NCBI GenBank assembly: GCA_964625945.1
Contig: CAZVDP010000015.1
Location: forward strand, 6,703 to 70,702
Length of the DNA: 64,000 bases
Source of the DNA: an uncultured Dehalococcoidia bacterium
Lineage (GTDB): Bacteria > Chloroflexota > Dehalococcoidia > Lucifugimonadales > UBA1127
Direction of reading: 5' to 3'
The position numbers and the translations under genes were made by a program. This document shows, one piece after another, positions 27,213 to 36,996 of this stretch (positions are counted from its first letter, which is position 1; each line of letters begins with the position of its first letter). The notes beneath the pieces are model-generated. The model was given only the letters and a program-made list of their open reading frames with translations. It was not told the origin of the DNA and did not search any database.

Positions 27213-27821
27213 TTATTCAGAGATGACTATTGGAATAGTGACGTAGGTCCCTTCGCCACCGTTAACCTGCAGGCTGTATACTCCAGCCTTGACCATATGT
27301 CCGCTAGTATTCAGAGTGATGGTGGTCGAAAACACACCATCGATATCAGCATTTCCGCCCGCAGCTGCGAATCCTCTCGGATTTGCGCCAGCTATTTGCG
27401 GGAGCACGAACTCGTTTCGAGCAAAGCCCGATCCGTAGACCGTGATAGTGGTATCAGTGCCTAGCGCATAGGAGCGCTGGTCCAGCAGAATACCGGCCGG
27501 AGATTGACGGAAGTCTACGCCCGCCGGGCCTTGTGCTCCAACCGGGCCATCAGGACCCTGAAATCCTGCACCGCCCTTTAGTTGCGGGATCATTTTGGTC
27601 GCCATGGGCTGTAGTGCCTTCATAACGTCGCTTGACGTCGGTAGCGGCCCCGGGGCTCCTTGATCACCTACCCAGCCCTGAGCTCCCTGGGGGCCTTGGT
27701 CACCGACCGGCCCTTGCAATCCAGGAAGTCCTGGACTTCCACAACCTACCGCGAGAATTACACTAAGCAATGTACTTATTAGGAGGAGACGCATAGCCTT
27801 CGCTCCAGGGGAGACAATCAT
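27213..27821 (-). CDS. Collagen-like (G-X-Y repeat) lipoprotein, paralog C
   Basis: Lipobox LAVGC. It has G-X-Y blocks GSPGLPGLQGPVGDQGPQGAQGWVGDQGAPGP and GFQGPDGPVGAQGPAG, and a C-terminal domain near-identical in part to paralog B. An alternative start is at 27794. Confidence 0.8.
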   Translation of the reverse strand: MIVSPGAKAMRLLLISTLLSVILAVGCGSPGLPGLQGPVGDQGPQGAQGWVGDQGAPGPLPTSSDVMKALQPMATKMIPQLKGGAGFQGPDGPVGAQGPAGVDFRQSPAGILLDQRSYALGTDTTITVYGSGFARNEFVLPQIAGANPRGFAAAGGNADIDGVFSTTITLNTSGHMVKAGVYSLQVNGGEGTYVTIPIVISE

Positions 27822-27953
27822 ATGGGACCCCCTTCACTGATCTACTATAAACAAGGCCTTCGGCCCAAGATTACGGAAGAGTCGTTGCAATGTTAGATGT
27901 GCGAGAGTTGAATGTCAACCCCTACTCAGACACTCAAACTATATCGCCGGCCA

Positions 27954-27962
27954 TGCTACAAT
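27954..27962 (+). promoter_or_regulatory. Extended -10 element (TGcTACAAT) upstream of the antiporter gene
   Basis: Located about 57 nt upstream of the ATG at 28019. Confidence 0.3.
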
Positions 27963-28018
27963 GTTAAACGAAAACCAGTCTTGGATCTCATCACTCAATC
28001 TGAAATTCGAGGAGCTTA

Positions 28019-29305
28019 ATGGAGGCCGAGCATCTAGCCGAACACGTAACCCGTATTATTCTACAGCTTTCCATCATCCTTATCGCGGCTAAATTGTCCG
28101 GAGAATTCTGTGAACGTTTCTTAAAGATCCCCCCGGTCCTCGGCGAACTAGCAGCCGGGATAATCATTGGCCCGTATGCTTTGGGGGGGCTTTCTATTGG
28201 ATCACTTGCACCTCTTTTTGCGATCAACGAGGGAGTCGGAGTAAACCCTCTTTCAAACATCCCACAGGAAATTTGGGTTATAGGTCAGATCGCTGCAGTC
28301 ATCCTACTGTTTGTGGCCGGGCTTGAAACCGATCTCAAGCAATTCCTTCGCTACATCGGCCCCGCATCAGTAATCGCATTAGGAGGAGTCATCCTCCCCT
28401 TTATCCTGGGAATCTCCTCTGTTGTCTTAATAGGCGAAGTAGATGATTGGGGCGACCCGAAGGCATTGTTTATGGGGGCGCTGATGACAGCGACCTCAGT
28501 AGGAATAACGGCGCGAGTCCTCGCCGATATTGGAAAGCTAAACACCCCTGAAGGCGTCACGATCATCGGATCTGCAGTAATTGACGACGTCCTGGGGATC
28601 CTAATACTGTCTATTGTTGTAGGCATGGTGGAATCAGGCGGGACATCAGGAGGCGAGATAGCCAGAATCGCCTCGATAGCCATAGGATTCTGGGTAGCCC
28701 TGACAGGCATCATCCTCTTGACTGCTACAAAGTTATTCCGATTTATCTCAGGTTTCCGAGTTAGCGGCGCGCCATTGGTGCTGGCCTTGGCCTTAGCATT
28801 TCTTGGAGCGGGACTAGCAGAACTGGCCGGGCTCGCAATGATCATCGGTGCGTATTCGGTAGGCTTAGGTCTGTCGACGACACCATTGCGACGCCTTATT
28901 GAAGAACCATTAACCGGCTTATACCACGGGCTCGTTCCTGTCTTCTTCGTTGTGATGGGCATGCTTGTTGATGTAACAACCATGGGGAATGCATTGGTCT
29001 TCGGAATAGTATTCACTATTCTGGCCATAATTGGAAAAATTGTCGGATCAGGAGCCCCGGCACTGATTACAGGATTCAACTCTATTGGCGCATGGCGGAT
29101 CGGACTAGGCATGATGCCGCGCGGCGAGGTAGCGTTGATTATCGCGGGGATTGGTCTATCTCGAGGTGTGATTGGAACGGACTTATTCGGCGTTTCAATC
29201 TTGATGACGGTGATCACTACGCTGCTCGCGCCGCTCCTACTAGTACCAAGCTTCAAAAAAGGCGGACCAGGGCACCATGCCACAACTACTATCCCGGAGC
29301 AGTAG
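28019..29305 (+). CDS. Cation:proton antiporter (CPA2/Kef-NapA type)
   Basis: 428 aa with about 12 TM segments. The N-terminus LSIILIAAKLSGEFCERFLKIPPVLGELAAGIIIGP is typical of Na+/H+ exchanger family proteins. Confidence 0.85.
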   Translation: MEAEHLAEHVTRIILQLSIILIAAKLSGEFCERFLKIPPVLGELAAGIIIGPYALGGLSIGSLAPLFAINEGVGVNPLSNIPQEIWVIGQIAAVILLFVAGLETDLKQFLRYIGPASVIALGGVILPFILGISSVVLIGEVDDWGDPKALFMGALMTATSVGITARVLADIGKLNTPEGVTIIGSAVIDDVLGILILSIVVGMVESGGTSGGEIARIASIAIGFWVALTGIILLTATKLFRFISGFRVSGAPLVLALALAFLGAGLAELAGLAMIIGAYSVGLGLSTTPLRRLIEEPLTGLYHGLVPVFFVVMGMLVDVTTMGNALVFGIVFTILAIIGKIVGSGAPALITGFNSIGAWRIGLGMMPRGEVALIIAGIGLSRGVIGTDLFGVSILMTVITTLLAPLLLVPSFKKGGPGHHATTTIPEQ

Positions 29306-29312
29306 GCCTAAC

Positions 29313-29663
29313 ATGACACTACAGATTAGACAATTGGCTCATAAGACTGCCGAATTGGCCTCATCCAAGCAAGCATCGGACATTGTGTTACTGGATATCA
29401 CAGATATCGCTTCCTTTGCGGACTATTTTCTAATCCTAACGGCTGACAGCACACGGCTGATGAACGCTATCAGGGAGGATATCGTCAAGTCACTCACCGA
29501 AGCGGGGATCCGATTGGACCATCAGGAAGGTGTAGCAGATAGTGGTTGGATCTTACTGGATTACGGCGATGTTATTATCCACATTTTCGCTCCCGAGGAA
29601 AGACAGGCCTATCGCTTAGAGAGGCTATGGTCTCAGGGAATACCTGTTATCAGATTTCAATAA
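29313..29663 (+). CDS. rsfS: Ribosome silencing factor RsfS (iojap)
   Basis: 117 aa with [11 protein letters not shown]...[11 protein letters not shown] and [17 protein letters not shown]...ERLW motifs. Confidence 0.9.
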   Translation: MTLQIRQLAHKTAELASSKQASDIVLLDITDIASFADYFLILTADSTRLMNAIREDIVKSLTEAGIRLDHQEGVADSGWILLDYGDVIIHIFAPEERQAYRLERLWSQGIPVIRFQ

Positions 29664-30111
29664 TCCAATTCGCCAAATCCCAATCCCAATCGACTAATTC
29701 ATTAGATTCAAAGAACAAGCTCACCTCTTGGAGCGCGTTCTCCGGCGAATCAGAACCGTGAACAAGATTCTTCCCTATCGACAAGGCCAGATCGCCTCGC
29801 ACTGTGCCTGGTGATGCCGCCAACGGATCGGTGGCTCCCATCAACTGCCGAACAGCCTCGACAGCACGGTCTCCTTCAAATACTGCTGCGACTATGGGAG
29901 ATGACGTAATATGCTGCAGCAAACCCGCAAAGAACGGCTTGTCTTGATGACTACTATAATGTCGCCTCGCGAGCGCTTCATCAACTAGAAGCATCTTCAA
30001 ACCCACCAGCTTTAAGCCGCGTCGCTCAAACTTTGAAATAATGGGACCGATTAAACCTCTCTGGACTCCATCAGGCTTGATAAGGACCAACGTACGCTCC
30101 CTGTTATTCAT
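29650..30111 (-). CDS. ndk: Nucleoside diphosphate kinase
   Basis: [18 protein letters not shown], plus NLVHGSD with the catalytic His. Confidence 0.95.
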   Translation of the reverse strand: MNNRERTLVLIKPDGVQRGLIGPIISKFERRGLKLVGLKMLLVDEALARRHYSSHQDKPFFAGLLQHITSSPIVAAVFEGDRAVEAVRQLMGATDPLAASPGTVRGDLALSIGKNLVHGSDSPENALQEVSLFFESNELVDWDWDLANWIIEI

Positions 30112-30117
30112 GCTGTG

Positions 30118-30819
30118 TTATCCCTTTCCCAAGATTTGTTTCCGCTTCCCTTGATACGTTATGTTAGGTCGCCTAAGGTACAATGGTTCAAGTTGCCCGG
30201 GGTCTTCATATCTACCTTCTATAAAACGCTGAAATCCTAGTTCCCCTAAGGCAGATGCATGACGAGTCGGTGGCGGCATAGATAAGACCGTAACCGACCG
30301 CGCGACAAGCCCGTGCATCGCGGACTTGTGTGCCCACACACCCTCCCCGCAAAACACAACCCCGGGACCTGCCTTCGCAATCATCGATTCTACAGAATCA
30401 ATCTCGGGGGCACGAAGTTCGGTCCAGTCCTCTTCAGTCACCTCGTAACACGCCCAAGCAACTTGTTCTCTTCCCATCCCCACAACCGGACAAATAGGTT
30501 TCTCAAAGCCTGATAATGCTGAAGCTTCCACGCGTAATGTGTCAACACCAATGAGCGGGATATCCAGTCCTTCAGACATTCCTTTTGCAACACTCATGCC
30601 AACTCGTAGCGCGCTAAACCCTCCCGGCCCTATCGCAACAAATATAGCATTTAAATCATTCGGAGCTATCCCAGCCTGTGTGAGCATTGTCTGGATAGCT
30701 ACCGTCAATTCCACAGTGTGATTCTGCTTAGAAAACCACGAGATTTCCCACCGAGCTTCCCCTTTATCCGTCACAGCTATGCTCGCGTAACGGGTCGACG
30801 TGTCAATCGATAACTCCAC
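30118..30819 (-). CDS. tsaB: tRNA t6A37 threonylcarbamoyl-transfer protein TsaB
   Basis: GTG start after GGGGGAG. Has YeaZ-like LSIDTST...GPGGFSALRVG. Confidence 0.85.
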   Translation of the reverse strand: MELSIDTSTRYASIAVTDKGEARWEISWFSKQNHTVELTVAIQTMLTQAGIAPNDLNAIFVAIGPGGFSALRVGMSVAKGMSEGLDIPLIGVDTLRVEASALSGFEKPICPVVGMGREQVAWACYEVTEEDWTELRAPEIDSVESMIAKAGPGVVFCGEGVWAHKSAMHGLVARSVTVLSMPPPTRHASALGELGFQRFIEGRYEDPGQLEPLYLRRPNITYQGKRKQILGKG

Positions 30820-30840
30820 TTCATCTCCCCCAAGACATAA

Positions 30841-31302
30841 TCAAAAAATGCCCGATAATAACCGATGCTCTCCCAACCGAGTTGCATCGAACGTGAACCG
30901 GCGAGTGGACCCGCCAATATCCTCGAGATACACGATCAAGAATCCATCTGGAAACGCTGAGATCGCACGGTCTCCCCACTCTACGACACAAACGCCTTCC
31001 CCAGAAGTGTATTCTTCAATACCAAGATCAAGGGCTTCGGCAACATCCTCAATCCGATACAAATCAATATGGTACAGAGGCATCCGCCCAGGATGCTCCG
31101 AGACCATAACAAATGTCGGGCTCCGCACCGTCGTCTGAACACCCATCCCCACTGCAATACCCTGAGTAAATGTCGTTTTACCAGCCCCCAAATCTCCTAC
31201 CAGCAAAATGACATCACCACCTCGCGCAGATCGTCCGATTTTCTTGCCTAAAGCACGCGTTTCTGACGTTGATTCACTAATAACCTCGGTAATCATCGTC
31301 AT
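30841..31302 (-). CDS. tsaE: tRNA t6A37 ATPase TsaE
   Basis: GDLGAGKTTF P-loop and HIDLYR motif. The ATG at 31302 overlaps the thiL TGA (ATGA). Confidence 0.85.
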   Translation of the reverse strand: MTMITEVISESTSETRALGKKIGRSARGGDVILLVGDLGAGKTTFTQGIAVGMGVQTTVRSPTFVMVSEHPGRMPLYHIDLYRIEDVAEALDLGIEEYTSGEGVCVVEWGDRAISAFPDGFLIVYLEDIGGSTRRFTFDATRLGEHRLLSGIF

Positions 31303-32294
31303 CGAAGTAGGTGGTCCCATCCAGTTGAATCAACATTGATAACACAGCCAGAGTCGTCCTGCACAACAACGCTGCCGGGTTGTCCCTGGACGATTTCTCC
31401 AACGATGGTCCCGCCACTCGGCAAAACTTTGATCAACCCGTCTACAATCCGCCTACTCCCAGTGAATACAAGCTCGTAATCCTCGCCACCTCCCAGGCCA
31501 AAATCCATGAACTGTTCAGGAAACATTCTTCGAACTTCGGGATGGATAGGAATGGCCGAAGCGTATATAAGAGCTCCAACCGCACTGGCCTCGCAGAGTT
31601 TGCCAAGGTCAGCTAGAAATCCATCGCTGATATCCATGGCACAGCAAATCCCATGGCTAACTAACAATTTCCCGTCAGACATTCTCGGCTCAGGTCGAGC
31701 ATACGCCGACCGAAGAACCGAGGTTCTGGTAGTCCCATTTTCCAAATTGTTCTTAAGGAGTACTAACCCCGCGGAAGCCCTACCAAGTGTGCCCGTAACA
31801 GCAATCACATCTCCTTCTCGCGCATTTGAACGTAACAAGAGTGCATCAGAACTTTTTCCTATCAAGGCAATGGTAGCGAAGAATTCAGACGATCCGACTA
31901 TGTCGCCTCCAACTACGACTCCTCCATATTCGGCAGCACATTCTAGAATCCCATCGTAAAACGCATCCACTGATTCCACATCTAAGTCATACGGCAAACC
32001 CAGAGTAACAAGAACCAAGCTTGGTGTCGCACCCATCGCCGCGATGTCACTCAGGTTAGATGCCAGCGCTTTCCACCCTACGTCCAACCAAGAAGTGTAC
32101 TTACGGTCGAAGTGTCTCCCTTCAACAAGCGTATCCGTAGTCAACACTTCGACCACACCCGATGTTTTTTCCCATGCGGCCGCATCATCGCCAAGCCCAA
32201 TGATGACACTCGCGTCACACTCGACCGCGCGTCTCGCGATCTGTTGAGTGATCCGTCGGATTAGCCCGAATTCTCCTAATTCCTCGACCTTCAC
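31299..32294 (-). CDS. thiL: Thiamine-monophosphate kinase
   Basis: GTG at 32294 with GGAGG 6 nt upstream. N-terminus LGEFGLIRRI, GDDAA, and the AIR-synthase-like fold motifs. Confidence 0.85.
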   Translation of the reverse strand: MKVEELGEFGLIRRITQQIARRAVECDASVIIGLGDDAAAWEKTSGVVEVLTTDTLVEGRHFDRKYTSWLDVGWKALASNLSDIAAMGATPSLVLVTLGLPYDLDVESVDAFYDGILECAAEYGGVVVGGDIVGSSEFFATIALIGKSSDALLLRSNAREGDVIAVTGTLGRASAGLVLLKNNLENGTTRTSVLRSAYARPEPRMSDGKLLVSHGICCAMDISDGFLADLGKLCEASAVGALIYASAIPIHPEVRRMFPEQFMDFGLGGGEDYELVFTGSRRIVDGLIKVLPSGGTIVGEIVQGQPGSVVVQDDSGCVINVDSTGWDHLLR

Positions 32295-32350
32295 CAAGGC
32301 CTCCAAACAACAATTTCGACAAACGTCTCTACGGAGTCCATGCACCTTGT

Positions 32351-33175
32351 GTGTTCACTATAGGCGAATCCTATGCTACCATAAGAGGTAATGAATTCTA
32401 CTATTTGCAGCCATATGTCGTGAGCAAACTTCTTCAACGCCTTGATCAAATAGCAAGGGAGTCCCCGAGACCTTTAGGCTTCGGCGCGTCAGCGGCCCGT
32501 GAGGCCGTGCCGGCAATGCTGTTACTCGCTCTATGTAAACATTCAGACCAAGTAACGAAAAAGACCGCCTCAGGAGCGGATGCACTTGTTTTCACAGATT
32601 TGCCCACATCGCGCTCAGTCAACAATCTCAAGAAACTAGGAACACCTTGGGGGGTATCTCTTGAGCGCTACACATCAAAATCCCTTGGATCACTCCGCGA
32701 CGCAGGCTGTGACTTCTTAGTGGTGCCCAATCTCAAAGTCAAACTAGATATGTTACACGGTGACGAGATTGGGAGGTTCTTCCAGATACCTCCCGACTTC
32801 TCCACGGATCAGGCACGTAGCATTGTAGACCTCCCGGTCGATATGGTGTTGCTTCCCGGACCTCTATTACCCCCTCTAACTCTCCAACAACTTCTAGATC
32901 TCTCAACCACTCGAGGAGAGGTCGGCAAACCAGCTCTTGTCGTAGTAAACGATCTCCCTTCAGAGTGGGAAATTGAATGCCTTCGTGATATTGGAGTAGA
33001 CGGATTGATCCTAGACATTGGGACCGCTAAGGCTGATGCGTTAGAATCCCTGAAACAACGTATCCTACACTTACCCCGGCGTAGATCTCGTGCCGAAAGG
33101 ACCCCTCCTTCAGTCCCTTCTACAGACCAAGTACATGCCTCAGAATTAGAAGAAGACGAATACGACGAAATCTAA
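32351..33175 (+). CDS. Hypothetical protein with an acidic C-terminal tail
   Basis: 274-aa ORF (GTG start is uncertain) with no recognisable motif. The C-terminus is ...RRRSRAERTPP...ELEEDEYDEI. Confidence 0.45.
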   Translation: MFTIGESYATIRGNEFYYLQPYVVSKLLQRLDQIARESPRPLGFGASAAREAVPAMLLLALCKHSDQVTKKTASGADALVFTDLPTSRSVNNLKKLGTPWGVSLERYTSKSLGSLRDAGCDFLVVPNLKVKLDMLHGDEIGRFFQIPPDFSTDQARSIVDLPVDMVLLPGPLLPPLTLQQLLDLSTTRGEVGKPALVVVNDLPSEWEIECLRDIGVDGLILDIGTAKADALESLKQRILHLPRRRSRAERTPPSVPSTDQVHASELEEDEYDEI

Positions 33176-33230
33176 TTCCAGCAGGTGACGGAGGTTCCCT
33201 CTAGCCCCACTATAAAGTAGGTGACCCTCA

Positions 33231-33935
33231 ATGCTCCTCCGAAATATTGACTACCTTTCGCGTGACCCAGAAGGCTTCTTACTATTCTTAGGATTCACCA
33301 TATTTGGGCTAGTTATCTGTATCACGATCCATGAATTCAGTCATGCATTCGTGGCAGTAAGGCTAGGAGATCACCACGCTCAACGCTTGGGGAGACTAAC
33401 CCTCAATCCCCTAGCCCACTTAGACCTAATGGGTAGTTTGATGCTTTTATTTGTAGGATTTGGTTGGGGAAAACCTGTCCCCGTAAACCCGCTCGCAATA
33501 AGAGGGAACCCGGTCCAAGGCATGGCGATGATCGCCTTTGCAGGACCTCTTTCGAACATACTTATGGCCTCATTACTCGCTATGCCGTTCAAGCTCGGAG
33601 TATTAATCTGGCCGTTCACATTCACCGCCCGTGTAATGAACAATCCAATTGAACAAATGGTGGGTACCGTGTTGGGCATTCTCGTATTCTTCAACCTTCT
33701 GCTGGCCATATTTAACCTTATCCCTTTGGCCCCTCTTGATGGATCAAAAGTGATCCTAGGTCTAGTTCCCAGAGAATTCGCTCGTATCCTCCATAGATTA
33801 GAGCCTTGGGGGCCTGGAGTGCTCCTGAGCATCATAATGTTGGATTGGTTCCTCGACACTCGTATCTTGGCAAGAATATTGGGGCCTGGAGTGAATGCCC
33901 TTAGTAACTTAGTAGTTGGCCACAGCATTTTTTAG
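33231..33935 (+). CDS. Site-2 protease family (peptidase M50) membrane metalloprotease
   Basis: HEFSHA zincin motif in a TM helix, NLIPLAPLDGSKV (the LDG motif), and a multi-TM topology. Confidence 0.85.
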   Translation: MLLRNIDYLSRDPEGFLLFLGFTIFGLVICITIHEFSHAFVAVRLGDHHAQRLGRLTLNPLAHLDLMGSLMLLFVGFGWGKPVPVNPLAIRGNPVQGMAMIAFAGPLSNILMASLLAMPFKLGVLIWPFTFTARVMNNPIEQMVGTVLGILVFFNLLLAIFNLIPLAPLDGSKVILGLVPREFARILHRLEPWGPGVLLSIIMLDWFLDTRILARILGPGVNALSNLVVGHSIF

Positions 33936-33987
33936 TTGTCCTTCCCAATCTATCGATTAATGCCCTATGACCCGTGACTAGAGTATA

Positions 33988-35052
33988 ATGAGGCTAGACG
34001 AAGCTGGGGAAACAATAACCCCAGACACCAAGAGGAGGTGTTCCTTGGAGCGGGTTACAATTATCGGTCTTGGTCTTATAGGCACATCAATAGGCTTAGC
34101 CCTCAAGGATTCCGGGATTCTCCGCGCAGAGATTGTAGGACACGACCTTGAGCCATCACACGAAAACAAAGCCAAGAAAATGGGCGCAGTTGATAAAACA
34201 ACACACAATTTGATAGACGCCGTTGAAAACTCCCGGCTGATTATCCTTGCCACGCCAGTAATGGCAATCAAAGAGACTCTGGAATTGATTGCGCCGCATC
34301 TCGCTCCCGGAAGCGTTGTAACCGATACCGGTAGTACAAAAGCGCAGGTCATCGAATGGGCCGAAATGCTCCTGGCAAACGGAAAAACCTCGTGCAACTT
34401 CATTGGTGGTCACCCAATGGCCGGAAAAGAGAAACCAGGACCTGATAACGCTGACGCTGATATGTTTAGGGGCGCGACCTACGCAGTTTGTCCAGCCCCA
34501 TCATCTAACGAAGAGTCAGCGCAAGCCGTCGTAACTATGATCGAAGCTATCGGAGGAATCCCTTATTTCATTGACCCTTCAGAACACGACAGCTACGTGG
34601 CAGCCGTCAGTCATCTCCCTTTCATACTCTCAACGGCACTAGTCGGCGCGACTACTCAAAGCCTCGGCTGGAGGGAGATGTCGCGCCTCACTGGGACAGG
34701 TTTCCGAGACATATCAAGGCTAGCATCAGGCGACCCTATTATGCACCGCGACATATGTGTGACTAATGTTGAACCAATTGTCCATTGGATCAACGAGTTC
34801 CTCCGCGAACTCGTTGATCTAAGAGATTCACTCCAAGAAAGCCATGACTCCGTTGAGTTGAAGTTAATCAAAGCTTGGGAAGCGAGAGCACGCTGGCTAG
34901 CAGGGCGAGATTCCGGAGAACGTCCAGGAGCAGAACTCCCCAAGGCATCAGACAGCATGATGAACCTCATGATGGGAGAAAAGTTGGCAGGTCGTTTCAA
35001 GACCTTGAGTGAAAGTCCGAAGGGAGATCCTACTAAATACCGAAAGAGGTAA
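33988..35052 (+). CDS. tyrA: Prephenate dehydrogenase
   Basis: Rossmann motif IIGLGLIGTSIG, GSTK, GGHPMAG and HD..VA.VSHLP motifs. Confidence 0.85.
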   Translation: MRLDEAGETITPDTKRRCSLERVTIIGLGLIGTSIGLALKDSGILRAEIVGHDLEPSHENKAKKMGAVDKTTHNLIDAVENSRLIILATPVMAIKETLELIAPHLAPGSVVTDTGSTKAQVIEWAEMLLANGKTSCNFIGGHPMAGKEKPGPDNADADMFRGATYAVCPAPSSNEESAQAVVTMIEAIGGIPYFIDPSEHDSYVAAVSHLPFILSTALVGATTQSLGWREMSRLTGTGFRDISRLASGDPIMHRDICVTNVEPIVHWINEFLRELVDLRDSLQESHDSVELKLIKAWEARARWLAGRDSGERPGAELPKASDSMMNLMMGEKLAGRFKTLSESPKGDPTKYRKR

Positions 35053-35056
35053 GCTG

Positions 35057-36349
35057 ATGCGCCAAGGCGTCACTCCACGCCGACGGCTTGATGGCGATGT
35101 TTCGCTGCCCGGCGACAAATCCATATCTCATCGCGCAGCGATCCTGAATAGCCTAGCACATGGGACCGCGGTAATCAGCAACTATGGCCCAGGTGAGGAC
35201 TGTTTGTCCACTCTACGCTGCCTTGCTAGTTTGGGGATAGACATAACCCAAACGGCAACTGACCAGCTAACACTCATTGGAAGTGATAGAGAACTGGAAG
35301 AACCCACCAACGTCTTGGATGCAGGTAACAGTGGAACAACCATGCGCCTTCTAGCTGGTGTCCTGGCTGGACAACAATTCCATTCAATCTTGACGGGGGA
35401 TCCCTCATTACGCTCACGCCCTATGGGACGGATCATTGAGCCTTTGCAAAGCATGGGCGCGATAATACACGGCAGAGGAAACGATACTCTACCTCCTCTC
35501 TCAATCCTCGGGGGACCGCTCCAAGGCCTCGACTATGCTTTACCAGTACCAAGTGCGCAACTGAAGTCATGCCTTTTGCTCGCAGGGCTGTCAGCAACGG
35601 GAAAGAGTGTCATTCGTGAACCAACACAGTCTCGAGATCATACCGAACGGATGCTTATCAACATGGGAGCATCCCTCACGATCCTAGGGGATACGATAAC
35701 TGTATCGCCTAGCCGCTTGAAAGCTCAGAACGTCGTGATCCCGGGAGATATTAGCTCCGGAGCGTTCTGGATCGTCGCTGGAGTAGTCCACCCAGATTCA
35801 CGTCTCCTCATCCGCAACGTCGGCATCAACCAAACCCGCCGCGGAGTTATAGATGTCCTACGGCAAATGGGGGCTAACCTTCACATCAAAAATGAACGTG
35901 TTGAGGGAGGCGAAGAGGTCGGCGACATATACGTCACCTCTAGCAACCTTGAAGGGATAGAGATTAGTGGCCCCATCATACCTCGCGTAATCGACGAACT
36001 GCCTATACTTGCGGTGGCGGCGTGCTTCGCCAAGGGTAAAACGTTAATTCGCGACGCAGGAGAACTACGCCTTAAGGAAACTGATAGAATTCGAGCGATG
36101 GGGCACGAATTGAACCGTATGGGTGGCGACCTTGAAGAAACAGCTGACGGGCTCGTGATCAACGGCCCAAAAACTCTACATGGCGCACACTGCTCAAGCC
36201 ACGGAGATCATCGTGTAGCTATGTCTCTCGCGATCGCCGGATTAATGGCAACAGGAGAGACCGTCATAGACGGGGCGGAATGCACCGCGGTTTCATATCC
36301 GCAGTTTTGGGAACATTTAGAATCATTAGGCGGTAAATCATATTGTTAG
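35057..36349 (+). CDS. aroA: 3-phosphoshikimate 1-carboxyvinyltransferase (EPSP synthase)
   Basis: LPGDKSISHRA, GNSGTTMRLL and DHRVAMS motifs. The ATG at 35057 follows AAGAGG and the tyrA stop. Confidence 0.95.
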   Translation: MRQGVTPRRRLDGDVSLPGDKSISHRAAILNSLAHGTAVISNYGPGEDCLSTLRCLASLGIDITQTATDQLTLIGSDRELEEPTNVLDAGNSGTTMRLLAGVLAGQQFHSILTGDPSLRSRPMGRIIEPLQSMGAIIHGRGNDTLPPLSILGGPLQGLDYALPVPSAQLKSCLLLAGLSATGKSVIREPTQSRDHTERMLINMGASLTILGDTITVSPSRLKAQNVVIPGDISSGAFWIVAGVVHPDSRLLIRNVGINQTRRGVIDVLRQMGANLHIKNERVEGGEEVGDIYVTSSNLEGIEISGPIIPRVIDELPILAVAACFAKGKTLIRDAGELRLKETDRIRAMGHELNRMGGDLEETADGLVINGPKTLHGAHCSSHGDHRVAMSLAIAGLMATGETVIDGAECTAVSYPQFWEHLESLGGKSYC

Positions 36350-36969
36350 AGTCGAACGATCAAGAGTCATACACAAATCAGACTCCACTATTAGTCGTCC
36401 TTTCCGGCCCTTCAGGTGTTGGAAAAGACGCGGTGCTCGCACATATGAGATCTACAAAGAGTCCCTATTACTTCACGATCACGGCGACCACACGACAAAA
36501 ACGTAATGAAGAGATTCACGGAATCGATTATCTTTTTCTTAGCTCAGATCAATTCGATAATATGGTCAAGGCCGATAAATTCCTTGAATGGGCCCATGTG
36601 TACGGAAATCGGTACGGGATTCCACGCGACCAGGTGAATACCGCGCTGTGTAAAGGGATGGATGTGCTTATCAAAGCGGATGTCCAAGGAGCAGCCACTA
36701 TAAAGAAGCTTGAACCCGAAGCTCTGTTTATCTTCTTAGTCGCGCCGTCTCTTGAGCAACTTGAGAAACGTCTCCGAGATCGCAAAACTGAAACTACTAC
36801 GGATCTCCGCCTAAGACTACGAACCGCGAAGGCAGAGATGGGGCATCAACCAATGTTTGATTACATCGTAACAAATCGAGACGGAGACCTAGACAGTGCA
36901 GTCGCCGATATCAAAGCCATCATCGCCAAAGAGAAACAGCGGATTCCACCACGGCGCATCACGCTCTAA
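36343..36969 (+). CDS. gmk: Guanylate kinase
   Basis: SGPSGVGKD P-loop, TTR, and Y.F.S...F...EWA.V.GN.YG. The TTG start overlaps the end of aroA. Confidence 0.9.
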   Translation: MLESNDQESYTNQTPLLVVLSGPSGVGKDAVLAHMRSTKSPYYFTITATTRQKRNEEIHGIDYLFLSSDQFDNMVKADKFLEWAHVYGNRYGIPRDQVNTALCKGMDVLIKADVQGAATIKKLEPEALFIFLVAPSLEQLEKRLRDRKTETTTDLRLRLRTAKAEMGHQPMFDYIVTNRDGDLDSAVADIKAIIAKEKQRIPPRRITL

Positions 36970-36996
36970 AAGAGCCCTCTAGGAGGTCATGAACCC

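Noticed and set aside
26283-27400. Diversity-generating retroelement (template/variable repeat) as an explanation for the repeated 3' ends of the collagen-like genes
   Set aside because: No reverse transcriptase or accessory gene is present in the window. The differences between copies are not restricted to adenine positions. The repeat also includes the non-coding spacer and terminator, which fits plain tandem duplication plus gene conversion.
28351-29283. 310-aa minus-strand ORF
   Set aside because: It lies entirely antisense to the well-supported 12-TM cation:proton antiporter gene. Its product is a low-complexity Pro/Thr/Ser/Ile-rich sequence typical of a shadow ORF.
30820-30843. tsaE stop (TGA) is in frame with tsaB, with 7 open codons between them, giving a possible TsaE-TsaB read-through fusion
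   Set aside because: The gap is only 21 nt, so an open frame is expected by chance. tsaB has its own SD (GGGGGAG) and GTG. No SECIS-like hairpin follows the TGA.
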